Shown in pieces: positions 37,894-47,440 of a stretch of 64,000 nucleotides of DNA (position 1 is the stretch's first letter; the number at the start of each line of letters is the position of its first letter). This DNA is from an uncultured bacterium (GTDB lineage: Bacteria > CAYUVA01). The stretch spans positions 7,769 to 71,768 of the forward strand of contig CAYUVA010000012.1 of assembly GCA_964448115.1 (NCBI GenBank), written 5' to 3'. The notes beneath the pieces are model-generated. The model worked only from the letters and a program-made list of their open reading frames with translations. It did no database searches and was not told the DNA's origin. A program made the translations under genes and the position numbers.

Positions 37894-39373
37894 CAATTGA
37901 AGCTGCTTGCGGTTTGTTGCCGTTGCCTGAAAAGATGCTCTCCCAGGTGCTTCTCAAGGCATTACCAATCAGTATAATCCCACCGAGCACCATGTTTCGC
38001 GGGGTTATTGTTCCTTGTCTTATGTGTCTTAGTATCATGCCCGGCCGTAGGTAATATGAGTTCATTGCCTTGCGTTGCAGTAGCGCCAGTTCGTGGTGCG
38101 ACATTCCCTCTGGGGCATAAGCCAGCTCTCCGCCGAATGCGGACCAGTCCGTCCAACTGGTAAACTTTTCCGGCTCTAAGGTGGCGATCCGTCCCCGCTC
38201 CTGCTCGTAGAAACGCGAACCAGGCAAGGGCACAGCAACATTGAACTTGACGATGTCGCAGTCAAGCTCCTTGGCAAAGCGGATGGTATCCATACAGGTC
38301 TCGGTTGTCTCTCCAGGCAAGCCAAGCATCCATAGACCTAAAGTCAGTATCCCCGCCTTCTTGATGTATCCCATAATTCGTCTTGCTTGAGCCAGGGTAG
38401 TTTTCTTGTTAATCGAATCTAGGATATGTTGATTGCCGACCTCGAAGCCGATCATGATCAGATGGCACCCGGAGCGCTTCATTGCCATTACCAGCTCCTC
38501 GTTGAGCAGATCGACCCTGGTCTCGGTTACCCAGCGGATCTTTTTATGCAGCCCTCTTTTTACAAGCTCCTCACAGAATTTTAAGCCGTGCCGTATGCTG
38601 AACGGGAAGTTGGCGTCGTTGAAGCCGACGTAAGGCGCTTGGTAGCGCTCATGCATGTACTCGATTTCATCAACTATGGCGGCTATGCTCCTGAAGCGAG
38701 GCTTTTCATAGACCTGATCCTGCGAGCAGAAGGTGCACTTCCAGGGGCAGCCCCGCGAGCCGACAATGGGGATGATAAGGTCTCTCACCGACAGGAGGGG
38801 AATCCCCTGGCTATAATACTCGAAATCGAGCAGATCCCACGACGGATATGGCAAGGAGTCGAGGTCGATAATCGGCTGTCGAGGTTTAGTGAATTTCACC
38901 TCGCCATCCCGTTTGAAGGCTATGCCATCGACCTTTGAGAGATCCCCATCCTCTGCCAGGCAATGTATAAGCTGCAAGCTGGTCATCTCCCCCTCGCCGA
39001 ACACGATCACATCTGCCAGATCCTCACGCAGAATTGTATCTGGAAAAACATTGGCATGGATATTACCCCAGAAGACGAGCGTATCTGGACAAGTGCGCCT
39101 GATGCCAGAAACGATCTTGGAGACCATGGGGACGACCGGCGTAAGCACCGAAAAGCCTACCGCATCCGGTTTTTCCTTGCTAATGCGATCAACGATGCGC
39201 TGTACCGATTCCTTAGTGGCATGCTGGTCGATTATCGATACTTCAATGCCATCGTTTCTCAGCACCGAAGCTATATAAGCCAGCCCTGATGGCAGGATAG
39301 GCAGAACGAAGCTGCGGATGCGATAGCTAGCCTGGATTAGCTCCGAGGCGGGATTTATGAGCAACACCTTCAT
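37835..39373 (-). CDS. B12-binding (class B) radical SAM protein
   Basis: MKVLLINPASE ... B12-binding-like region (LPSGLAYIASVLRNDGIEVSIIDQH). Radical SAM motif VGSRGCPWKCTFCSQ. The ORF track starts at a TTG at 39400; the ATG at 39373 gives the typical N-terminus. Its 3' end overlaps the convergent GT4 gene by 59 nt. Confidence 0.88.
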   Translation of the reverse strand: MKVLLINPASELIQASYRIRSFVLPILPSGLAYIASVLRNDGIEVSIIDQHATKESVQRIVDRISKEKPDAVGFSVLTPVVPMVSKIVSGIRRTCPDTLVFWGNIHANVFPDTILREDLADVIVFGEGEMTSLQLIHCLAEDGDLSKVDGIAFKRDGEVKFTKPRQPIIDLDSLPYPSWDLLDFEYYSQGIPLLSVRDLIIPIVGSRGCPWKCTFCSQDQVYEKPRFRSIAAIVDEIEYMHERYQAPYVGFNDANFPFSIRHGLKFCEELVKRGLHKKIRWVTETRVDLLNEELVMAMKRSGCHLIMIGFEVGNQHILDSINKKTTLAQARRIMGYIKKAGILTLGLWMLGLPGETTETCMDTIRFAKELDCDIVKFNVAVPLPGSRFYEQERGRIATLEPEKFTSWTDWSAFGGELAYAPEGMSHHELALLQRKAMNSYYLRPGMILRHIRQGTITPRNMVLGGIILIGNALRSTWESIFSGNGNKPQAASIASQGYFEKDNRPVEQRCPK

Positions 39374-39438
39374 TCTATTAGTATCTAGTATATCTAACAA
39401 TGAGTTGTCAATCTAGGGGAGGCTTCCATAGAATTCAC

Positions 39439-41121
39439 CTACCCAAGATATCCTAAGTCCTTTAGCTTGCGTTTCATCTCCTCGACCTCATCCGAGGAGA
39501 TTGCTGGTTGGCTGTCCGAGCCTTGCTCCTCCTCGATGTACTCGGCTGGCTTGGCTTTGATCCGCTCTTTATCGATCAGCTTTTTAAGCAGCCTGCCATC
39601 CATGTATGATGGAATCGGCTCATCGAGCAGGTACAGGACAGTAGGAGCTATATCTATTATGCCCGCGCCCTCTATTGTATCCTGTTTGCTCAAACTAGGA
39701 CCCGCTGCGATCAGTACGCCGTCCATGGTATGGTTGCCATACATGCCTTGAATGGGGATAAAGACTCGGTTGGAGGTGAAGCCGGTCAGGTTGGCTGCGA
39801 AATAGCCATCCTTCTGGGAGAGGAAAGTAATATCAGGGCAGTTTGCCTGGTGCGCTCCGCTATATATCTCACTCGTGTAAATGTCGGCCTCTATCCTTTT
39901 GCCAGTCGCCGGGTCGGTGAGCGAGCGTAGCTTTCCTATTATCTCATCGCGCAGGCTGATATATTCCGATTGCTCCACGCAGCCGGACGGCTCCCGCCCC
40001 TTGAGGTTGATGATCAATTGCCCCATGCCGGTCTTGGCATAAGCCAAAGTGCGCGTGAAATCGACATCAGCCATGGTCAGAAGGAAGCTCTTTTTTCCCA
40101 TGCGGAAGGTGGTAAGCTCATCATAAGGCGCTTGAGCTTTGAGCTTTACTCCCAGGCGCTTTAACAGCCTTAGCGCTCCGTAAAATAGCCTTTCCCAGGT
40201 TATACCCCGATTCCACAGCGCCACCTTGAGCAAAGTACGAAGATCCCTCTTGAAATGAAGATACCCCTGCTGGTAGAGCCAGTAGTTCAGGTCTATAAGG
40301 TGGTGTATGCCTCCAAAGCCATGATCCGAGATGACCAGGTAATCAACATCACTGCCGGCAAGTTGCATCAGTTCCCCTAGTCGCTCATCGAGGAGCGAAT
40401 AGTAATCCTCAATGGCGCTTACATGACGGGCAGCAAGGTCTGGATCGTGCGCGGGATGCGAGGTATCGATCAGTTGCCACAGCTCGTGCTGGATGCGATC
40501 CGTTCCCCAGACATGAAGAACGGTCAAATGGGGATCGAGCTTCTCGTACAGGTACTTTGCCACTGCGACCTTGTATTCCAGCATGTCCCTGCAATCACGG
40601 ATCAGCGCGGCAATATCATCGTCAGATAGGCTAGTCCCGGTTATGCGAGTTTTCATGTATAGATAATAGGGTCCGAATCGCTGCTCTATCTCAAGCCTCA
40701 CTTTCGGTGGATATATAAAATCTTGCGCCTTGTTTGGGGTGAGGAAGCCAGCGACCAGTACGCCGTTGACCGGCTCCGGCGGATAGGTGGTAGGGACATT
40801 GAGTATAAGCACCCGCTTTCCGGCATCGCTCAGCCTGCGCCACAGGGTTTTGCAGCCTAAGTATGTGCGGTTGATGGGGGTTTCCTCATAGGTGCCGGGC
40901 ACCTTTACCAGGAACTCGTAGATGCCGTGCTTGCCAGGATTGCAACCAGTGGCAAAGGTTGACCAGGCAGGAACGGTTATCGGCGGCACAGTGGAGCGAA
41001 GGATACCCCGTGTGCCTTGCTGCATCATGCGCATCAAATTCGGCAATAAGCCCTTGTCCATCATCGGCTTCAGCACCTTGAATGTAGCACCATCGAGGCA
41101 ATAGATGAATACCTTACCCAT
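39439..41121 (-). CDS. Alkaline-phosphatase-superfamily enzyme (type I phosphodiesterase / nucleotide pyrophosphatase family)
   Basis: VFIYCLDGATFKVL ... TVPPITVPAWSTFATGCNPGKHGI ... HVWGTDRIQHE ... ISDHGFG. ATG at 41121 (GGAG RBS) overlaps the upstream stop by 8 nt (ATGGGTAA). The ORF track's earlier ATG at 41166 is less likely. Confidence 0.85.
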   Translation of the reverse strand: MGKVFIYCLDGATFKVLKPMMDKGLLPNLMRMMQQGTRGILRSTVPPITVPAWSTFATGCNPGKHGIYEFLVKVPGTYEETPINRTYLGCKTLWRRLSDAGKRVLILNVPTTYPPEPVNGVLVAGFLTPNKAQDFIYPPKVRLEIEQRFGPYYLYMKTRITGTSLSDDDIAALIRDCRDMLEYKVAVAKYLYEKLDPHLTVLHVWGTDRIQHELWQLIDTSHPAHDPDLAARHVSAIEDYYSLLDERLGELMQLAGSDVDYLVISDHGFGGIHHLIDLNYWLYQQGYLHFKRDLRTLLKVALWNRGITWERLFYGALRLLKRLGVKLKAQAPYDELTTFRMGKKSFLLTMADVDFTRTLAYAKTGMGQLIINLKGREPSGCVEQSEYISLRDEIIGKLRSLTDPATGKRIEADIYTSEIYSGAHQANCPDITFLSQKDGYFAANLTGFTSNRVFIPIQGMYGNHTMDGVLIAAGPSLSKQDTIEGAGIIDIAPTVLYLLDEPIPSYMDGRLLKKLIDKERIKAKPAEYIEEEQGSDSQPAISSDEVEEMKRKLKDLGYLG

Positions 41122-43555
41122 CGGACTTGCTCCCCGTAACCTGCTCGATTGAGACCAGCTCGCCATCCTTGACTATGTAGATTCCCTTTTTCAGCTTGGT
41201 TTTTTTCTGTCGAGTCAACACCTCGCCTGGCTCTTTAACGATGGTTACACCATTGGGTACTACCACTCCAGGATTGATGAAGACCCCGCCGCCGACGGTA
41301 GCACCATGCCCCAAGCAGGGTCCTAAAAACATGCGCCCGCTATCGATCACCCGGTCCTTGTGCATCACTTTTATCGTTTTTTGGAGCTTGCGATCCAGCA
41401 GCATATCAAACAGGATAGCCTGCGAGGTCTGCACCGCACCTTTACCGATAAGAGCACATTGGAATCCTGGGCTTGATACCAGACTGGAGGGATAAAGCAC
41501 GCTGAAGTTTACCTTGGTGTGAAAGGCGACCACGCAATTATCGCCAATGACCGAGAAGCTGACATCACAGTTGCTATCGATCTTGACATTGTCGCCGATA
41601 AAGCTCCCCCTGATAACCGAGTGCGCACCAATCTCGACATTATCTCCTAAAACACAAGCCTCTACCGATGCAGTAGGATGAATACGACATCCCCTTCCTC
41701 GATAATTATAGCGACCCATGACGCGCCAGGGATTGAAGCTAAACCCTCTGAACACTGCCAACAGCCCCTTTATTACTGTACGAGGTGTGATTCGCCAGTG
41801 GAAGCCCTGCATTGCAAGGTGATTGGCATCAGTTATATGCATCCAGTGCTCTATATGCAGTATCCCCTCTGGGGTTATGGGAATGGAGAAATCAGCATCC
41901 GGGGCGAGCAGCTTAAGGTTCGGTGGGGTAAATACCTTCTCTTGGAGCTTGATAATAAGCGGCTTTATTGCAGACTCGCAGTCTGGCACTATATAGAAAA
42001 CATCGTACAAGTAAGCCCCATTTCCATCGGCATCCTCGATATATTCGAGATCCTGCAAGGCTGTATAGTGCTCGGTGAATGCGCTTGGTCTCACTCCAAG
42101 GCGCAGGCTTTCTGAGCTGCCGTAGGTGTCGCGTAAAAAAAGGCGCAGCAACTGCTCGGTTATGAATACATGGTCATAGATAAGTATGTATGGCTCATCG
42201 CCTCGGATATGCCCAACCGAGCTTGCAACATAAGATTTGATGCCCAGCCTGGAGAGCGTTTCCCGCTGGTAGTCAATAAGCTCCCTGTTTAGCACGCGGC
42301 ACCTGGAGACCTCGTCTCCAAGAGGCTCGATGATTTTGTCAGACTTAAGAATATATGCCTTGAGCATCCTGGTTGCAGCCTTGTAGGATAAACCCTTCCA
42401 GTTTACCTTTCCTTTCATGATGAATCGTAAGGCGGTCTCCATCTCCATCAGGCAGACCATTATCCCGCCCAGAAAGCCGAGCAATGTCCAGAACCTTAGC
42501 CTGATCCCAAGCAATAGATGCGGAAAATATAGATTCAATGCTTGGATGAAATATGCTGCGCCAGCCATAAACAGCACTGGAGGGCTGCATGAATCGTGTA
42601 TCCCGGTTACCTCAGCCATGATCACCGCAGCCGGCAAGGCGGTCAGAATGAGCAAGATAAACGAACCGATAAGCATCCCCACCGGCTTGGTTCGTCCCAG
42701 TTCCATCTTTCGGTATTCTATCTTCTGCCACCCTCGCCAGAGATCCCTGATGTTTGTATATAGCTTCAATCCCATGAGGCTTGGTGCGAACAGGTAGGCA
42801 AATCGATAGCCACTTGCCTTTATCTTCTCGGCGAGGATAGTATCCTCCCAGAACTCCCCGCGGATGCGCTTATGCCCGCCGATTGCCTGGTAGGCACTGC
42901 GCCGAAACAGCATGAAGGGTCCGTTTGCCATTGCCTTGCGCGAATGGGGATCATTGAGCTGCTTGGGCGGAACCAGTACCCCTAAAGAAACGATGTATGC
43001 GTTCATCAGCCGGTCCCAGAAGCTGCGATAGATCGGCTGCGGCACGATGGTGAGCATATCGACTTGATTTGCTACCATGTAATTGACCGCTGAATCGAGC
43101 AGCCCCGCTTTGGGCATTGTATCAGCATCGAGAAACAGGATATATTCCCCGCTGGAAGCCTCAAATCCTTTGTTTAGTGCATAATTTTTCCCAGCCCAGC
43201 CATGCGGCGTCTCTGTATTGGTAATAATCTTTATTTCATAACCGGTTGGACAACTATTGGCAAATTCAGAAGCGATCTGCGGGGTTTTATCAGTCGAGCG
43301 GTCATCCACAACAATAACCTGCAGGTTCGGATAATTATTAGCAACAACTCCGAGCAGGCACTTGCCAAGATCCTTCTCTTCATTATGGGCAGGGATGATA
43401 ACCGATAGACCTGGTAAGGATCGTTTGGCTTCATCTGTCAGTGCTTCCTTATCGAGAAATATAATATGCCTTTTTTTATATACCCAGGCGATGAAGATGC
43501 TTGCCTGGATCAGCAGGCATGTAAGAATAAGTATTGTAAGGATCGCCTCCCCCAA
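41114..43555 (-). CDS. Fusion protein: membrane-anchored GT2 glycosyltransferase, multi-TM segment, and C-terminal left-handed beta-helix (hexapeptide-repeat acyl/nucleotidyl-transferase-like) domain
   Basis: GT2: LSVIIPAHNEEKDLGKCL ... VIVVDDRSTDKT ... ILFLDADTMP. Several TM helices follow the GT domain. C-terminal hexapeptide repeats VLGDNVEIGAHSVIRGSFIGDNVKIDSNCDVSFSVIGDNCVV ... GHGATVGGGVFINPGVVVPNGVTIV. TTG start sits 3 nt after the upstream stop. Confidence 0.85.
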   Translation of the reverse strand: MGEAILTILILTCLLIQASIFIAWVYKKRHIIFLDKEALTDEAKRSLPGLSVIIPAHNEEKDLGKCLLGVVANNYPNLQVIVVDDRSTDKTPQIASEFANSCPTGYEIKIITNTETPHGWAGKNYALNKGFEASSGEYILFLDADTMPKAGLLDSAVNYMVANQVDMLTIVPQPIYRSFWDRLMNAYIVSLGVLVPPKQLNDPHSRKAMANGPFMLFRRSAYQAIGGHKRIRGEFWEDTILAEKIKASGYRFAYLFAPSLMGLKLYTNIRDLWRGWQKIEYRKMELGRTKPVGMLIGSFILLILTALPAAVIMAEVTGIHDSCSPPVLFMAGAAYFIQALNLYFPHLLLGIRLRFWTLLGFLGGIMVCLMEMETALRFIMKGKVNWKGLSYKAATRMLKAYILKSDKIIEPLGDEVSRCRVLNRELIDYQRETLSRLGIKSYVASSVGHIRGDEPYILIYDHVFITEQLLRLFLRDTYGSSESLRLGVRPSAFTEHYTALQDLEYIEDADGNGAYLYDVFYIVPDCESAIKPLIIKLQEKVFTPPNLKLLAPDADFSIPITPEGILHIEHWMHITDANHLAMQGFHWRITPRTVIKGLLAVFRGFSFNPWRVMGRYNYRGRGCRIHPTASVEACVLGDNVEIGAHSVIRGSFIGDNVKIDSNCDVSFSVIGDNCVVAFHTKVNFSVLYPSSLVSSPGFQCALIGKGAVQTSQAILFDMLLDRKLQKTIKVMHKDRVIDSGRMFLGPCLGHGATVGGGVFINPGVVVPNGVTIVKEPGEVLTRQKKTKLKKGIYIVKDGELVSIEQVTGSKSDG

Positions 43556-43558
43556 GGC

Positions 43559-45052
43559 TCAATCCCCAAGGGTAAAGAAGAATGTGCTGCCTGAACCCGG
43601 CTTGGACTCTACCCAGATATCTCCGTTATGCATCTGGATGATCCTTTTGACGATCGCTAAGCCGATGCCAGAGCCTTCGGAATCGGGATCTAGCTTCTTG
43701 AAAACCTTGAAGATCTCCTTTTGGGCTTCTCTGGTGATTCCGACCCCATTATCGCTTATGAAGAAACAGTTTCTCCCTTTATGTTTCCGATGTCCAATGC
43801 ATATTTCAAGTCTTCTATCAGGTGCGCGGTATTTTACTGCATTCTCGATTAGATTTACCAGAACCTCGACCATCCTGCCCCTATCAGCATTTATGGCCGG
43901 CATATTGCTCTGAATGCTCAGCTTAGCTTCAATGCTATTGGTTATCCCCTCAGTATGCCAGGCAGCCTCTCTGGCTAGCTCGGTCATCGAGACTGTGGTC
44001 ATTCGTATCGGCATTCTGCCCAGCTTTGCAAGCTCGGATATGTCGGTGATCAGCCGGTTGATGTGCTCAGCAGCCATACTGACACGCTCCAGATAACCGA
44101 GAGCTTCCTCTTTTGCCCCTTTTTCTACGGATCCAGCGAGAAGATCGAGAAATCCTTTTATGGTAATCACCGGGCTGCGCAGGTCATGGGAGACCGTGTA
44201 GCTGAATTCCTCAAGCTCCTTGTTTTTTCGCTCCAGCTCGGTTACCACCCGAAGCAGCTCCTCACGGTCCTTCTTCTGCTGGGTTATGTCGATATCTACC
44301 CCGCGATAGCCCTCAAACTCACCCTTTTGATTGATGATCGGCACTCCACTGGTCGATAGCCAGACCACCTTGCCGTCCTTATGCAGGTTTGCATTGATGA
44401 AGTGCTTGAAAGAGAGGCGCCTTTCAAATGTTTCAAAGGCAGTTTCCTTGAGCTGTTTTTGCTTTTCTGGCACAAATAGATCGTAAAAATGCTTCTTGTT
44501 TATAAGCTCCTCTGGCTTATAGCCCAATAATCTCTCAACCACGGGGCTACTATAGATATATAACCCTTCAGTATTGACCTCCCAGACCCATTCCTCGGCG
44601 TTGTCAACCACCTGCTGGAAGCGTTCCTCTGAGCGACGAAGCGCTTCCTCTATGCGTTTTCTATCGGTTATATCGACAATTACGCCCTCGATAAAACCCT
44701 GCTCTTTATACAACTTGGAGGAGATCAAAATATCACGCTCGCTTCCATCCAGCCTTTTCAGGTGTATCTCGAATTCCTTGATCTCACCATGTTTATTGAG
44801 CAGTTCGAGAAGCTGCGCCCTGCGCTCGACTGGGTATAGCTCTGCAGCCTTGACCTTATTTATCAACTCGTCAGCCGACTTGAAGCCGAGTATCTCAGCA
44901 GCGGTCTGATTAGCTCGCAGAAAGGTTCCATCCTCGGCACAGGTTCTATAAAGTCCCACTAGCACAGTCTCGTAGATGTGCTTGTAATGATCCTCTTGGG
45001 ATCCCTTATCAAAGTTTTTCGTTTCCACTGCAATTGGAGATCTATAAATCAT
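43559..45052 (-). CDS. Cytoplasmic sensor histidine kinase with two PAS domains (PAS-PAS-HisKA-HATPase_c)
   Basis: H-box VSHDLRSPVITIKGFLDLL. N/G-boxes LVNLIENAVKY ... GSGIGLAIVKRIIQMHNGDIWVESKPGSGSTFFF. No TM segments. Confidence 0.92.
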   Translation of the reverse strand: MIYRSPIAVETKNFDKGSQEDHYKHIYETVLVGLYRTCAEDGTFLRANQTAAEILGFKSADELINKVKAAELYPVERRAQLLELLNKHGEIKEFEIHLKRLDGSERDILISSKLYKEQGFIEGVIVDITDRKRIEEALRRSEERFQQVVDNAEEWVWEVNTEGLYIYSSPVVERLLGYKPEELINKKHFYDLFVPEKQKQLKETAFETFERRLSFKHFINANLHKDGKVVWLSTSGVPIINQKGEFEGYRGVDIDITQQKKDREELLRVVTELERKNKELEEFSYTVSHDLRSPVITIKGFLDLLAGSVEKGAKEEALGYLERVSMAAEHINRLITDISELAKLGRMPIRMTTVSMTELAREAAWHTEGITNSIEAKLSIQSNMPAINADRGRMVEVLVNLIENAVKYRAPDRRLEICIGHRKHKGRNCFFISDNGVGITREAQKEIFKVFKKLDPDSEGSGIGLAIVKRIIQMHNGDIWVESKPGSGSTFFFTLGD

Positions 45053-45082
45053 TGCCTAAAAAGTCAAATTACACTGAATCGA

Positions 45083-47440
45083 TTAAGATATCCTGAGTCG
45101 ATGGAAGCAATAAATCATGGTTAGACTGGTCATCATGGCAAACAGATATACCCCTAGGCGAAATGAGAATGGTTGGAAGCAAAGGATGACCTCATGGCTA
45201 CCTGCCTCAAGCTCGACAGACATGAAGTACTTATGCCGGGTTATCTGATTTTCAACGCCATCGATAAATGCCCGCCAGCCAGGATAAAAGGTGCTTCGAT
45301 AAAATAATGTGCCTGCAACCGGTGTTCTCACCATGGCATGAAGGCTGTTCATGCCCTCGTTGAAACGCACAGATGTAGCATTATTCACCGAGTGATTGTA
45401 GTCTTGGCGGGGAATAAACTCCACCATAGGGGTGAGTTGCTCAAGTTTGTCGATTCTACATCCATCGATTGCAAGCTCCCCTTTCCCAGGCGAGTCTTTG
45501 TCAAAACTTGCTTCCTCCCTGCCCTGGAATGACGATGCGAGGGGTATGGTGTCAGGATAAACAATCATGGCGGTGCTTGTCTGCATTAAAAGGCTTTTAG
45601 GTGTTTTATCCAACAAACGAGCCCATGAGCTGAGTTGTCCAGTGGCTTCCTCCCAGAAACGGCTATAGATAGCCGGGTATAGCGACTCCCAGCCGCGAAT
45701 GTCTCTCAAGCCATAGGCGATACATGTGTTGGGTGGGAGGATTTCGCCCTTACCAAAATGGTTGAACTCGCTCTCCAGGGCTGCGAAACGGCTGTTGCCA
45801 ATCTCTTCCCCGAGCTTGTCTGTAAGGCTGGTGGTGGGGAAAATGACCTTTTTGTCAACAAACGGATTGTATCCGATATGCAGAAACAGAAGCTCCAGTA
45901 TTATTGCAGTTGCAATCATCGTTGTTGCCAATGAACCACTCAGCAATCGCCGGGAATAAAGCAAAAGAATGATTATTCCCCACAAAGCCAGTAACAACTG
46001 CGGATAAACCCTGATCGATAAAATCAGCGAACCCAGGGAATTGGATAAGGTCGCCAGATACATCGAAAGCGAGTTCGGCTGCGAGTTATCAAGATAGTTG
46101 CGCTCGTTGACTTTGACCACCATAGCCAACGAAACCAGGCTGAGAACAAAGACAATCGATATTATTACAGTCAAGCCGGCCTTCCTTTTTCCCATTAGCC
46201 TGACATGAAGCCAATCAATAGCCAATCCGCTGCATAGCGCGAAACATAAGGCGGAGATCGCCTTGAGTCGGCTCAGGTCCATGAATGAAATGAGCACTAA
46301 TAGGGGTGTTAGTATCTTTTGAATTTGATTTGCAGATACAACCACGGCGACAATCATCGGAATTATACCCAGGATAAGAAAAGCAATCAGCCTTCTTGGG
46401 CGATCACTGCTAAGCACAGCGCTTATGATCAGAATCATCGATAGGATGCCAACATAAGCATTATAAAGATTAAAGTAGCTGAGCTTGAATAAAAAAATGC
46501 CGAAATAGGTGTTCTTGTGCGGGAACCCATAAAATTGTGGCAGCAGATTAACTATAAGTGATGACAAGGGCACTGATTCCTCGCCAAAGTATCTCGGCAC
46601 CCCATAGCGCTGGCTATTGATGAAAAGCTCCATGCTAGGCAGGAGTTGGGGCAAGCCGATTATTATGCCTAGTAATGCTATGCAAAAGCCAGAAGCTATT
46701 GCCCTGAAGGCAGAGACCTCGTGGATAAACAACCCGCTGATGAACATCCAGGCTATTATGAACATAAGCAGATATATTATGTATTGCAAATGCCCCCCCA
46801 GGTTGATTATGCCCATGATGCAAGCTGCGGCAAGCAGGTTCAGAAAATTACCCTTAGATAAAAACCGTTCACCAAATAGCATTGCCAGTGGAAATAAAGC
46901 CATTGCAAAGATGATATAGGGATACTCCATGCGACAATAGAAGAATGGATTGAGCACATATATGGCACCTCCAGTCATGGCTGGAATCAAGCCGATCCCC
47001 CAGGAGCGAAGCAATAAAAAGGCGAACCAACCGCCTAAAAAGAAGGGGGCTAGTGCCGATAAAGTCCAAAGATGCTCAAAATCGAGGACAGGGCAAAACA
47101 AATTGAATGGATTCAAAGGATTGCTGATACCGTTGGCGAGAAGTGGAGCGCCACAGAGAATATAAGGATTCCACAGCGGTATCTTGCCTGCCCGGAGCAT
47201 CTTTGAGCAAAGCATACGCATCGGGTAGTATTGAAGGATTGGATCATCTATATCCGGATTCTGCGCCTTGATACCTTCAAGCCCCGCGATCGCTTTCCAG
47301 GGGAGAAAATTCTGAACCAACCAATCAGCATTAACCGGGATGCATCCGCTCAGAAAGTAAGGATACCCGATTATCAATGTCAAGATCGCAAAAAATGCCA
47401 GTGGAATTAATTGCTCGGTTCGACATCGTTGCTTGATCAT
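45083..47440 (-). CDS. Large polytopic membrane protein with C-terminal soluble domain (YfhO-like / GT-C-like architecture)
   Basis: 785 aa. About 14 or more TM helices in the first 520 aa or so, then a hydrophilic domain of about 260 aa. 4-nt overlap with the upstream epimerase gene. Confidence 0.7.
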   Translation of the reverse strand: MIKQRCRTEQLIPLAFFAILTLIIGYPYFLSGCIPVNADWLVQNFLPWKAIAGLEGIKAQNPDIDDPILQYYPMRMLCSKMLRAGKIPLWNPYILCGAPLLANGISNPLNPFNLFCPVLDFEHLWTLSALAPFFLGGWFAFLLLRSWGIGLIPAMTGGAIYVLNPFFYCRMEYPYIIFAMALFPLAMLFGERFLSKGNFLNLLAAACIMGIINLGGHLQYIIYLLMFIIAWMFISGLFIHEVSAFRAIASGFCIALLGIIIGLPQLLPSMELFINSQRYGVPRYFGEESVPLSSLIVNLLPQFYGFPHKNTYFGIFLFKLSYFNLYNAYVGILSMILIISAVLSSDRPRRLIAFLILGIIPMIVAVVVSANQIQKILTPLLVLISFMDLSRLKAISALCFALCSGLAIDWLHVRLMGKRKAGLTVIISIVFVLSLVSLAMVVKVNERNYLDNSQPNSLSMYLATLSNSLGSLILSIRVYPQLLLALWGIIILLLYSRRLLSGSLATTMIATAIILELLFLHIGYNPFVDKKVIFPTTSLTDKLGEEIGNSRFAALESEFNHFGKGEILPPNTCIAYGLRDIRGWESLYPAIYSRFWEEATGQLSSWARLLDKTPKSLLMQTSTAMIVYPDTIPLASSFQGREEASFDKDSPGKGELAIDGCRIDKLEQLTPMVEFIPRQDYNHSVNNATSVRFNEGMNSLHAMVRTPVAGTLFYRSTFYPGWRAFIDGVENQITRHKYFMSVELEAGSHEVILCFQPFSFRLGVYLFAMMTSLTMIYCFHRLRIS

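Noticed and set aside
41122-41166. Upstream ATG of the phosphodiesterase gene (ORF-track start at 41166)
   Set aside because: It creates a 53-nt overlap with the preceding gene and adds 15 non-conserved residues. The ATG at 41121 has a GGAG RBS and gives the typical family start MGKVFIYCLDG.
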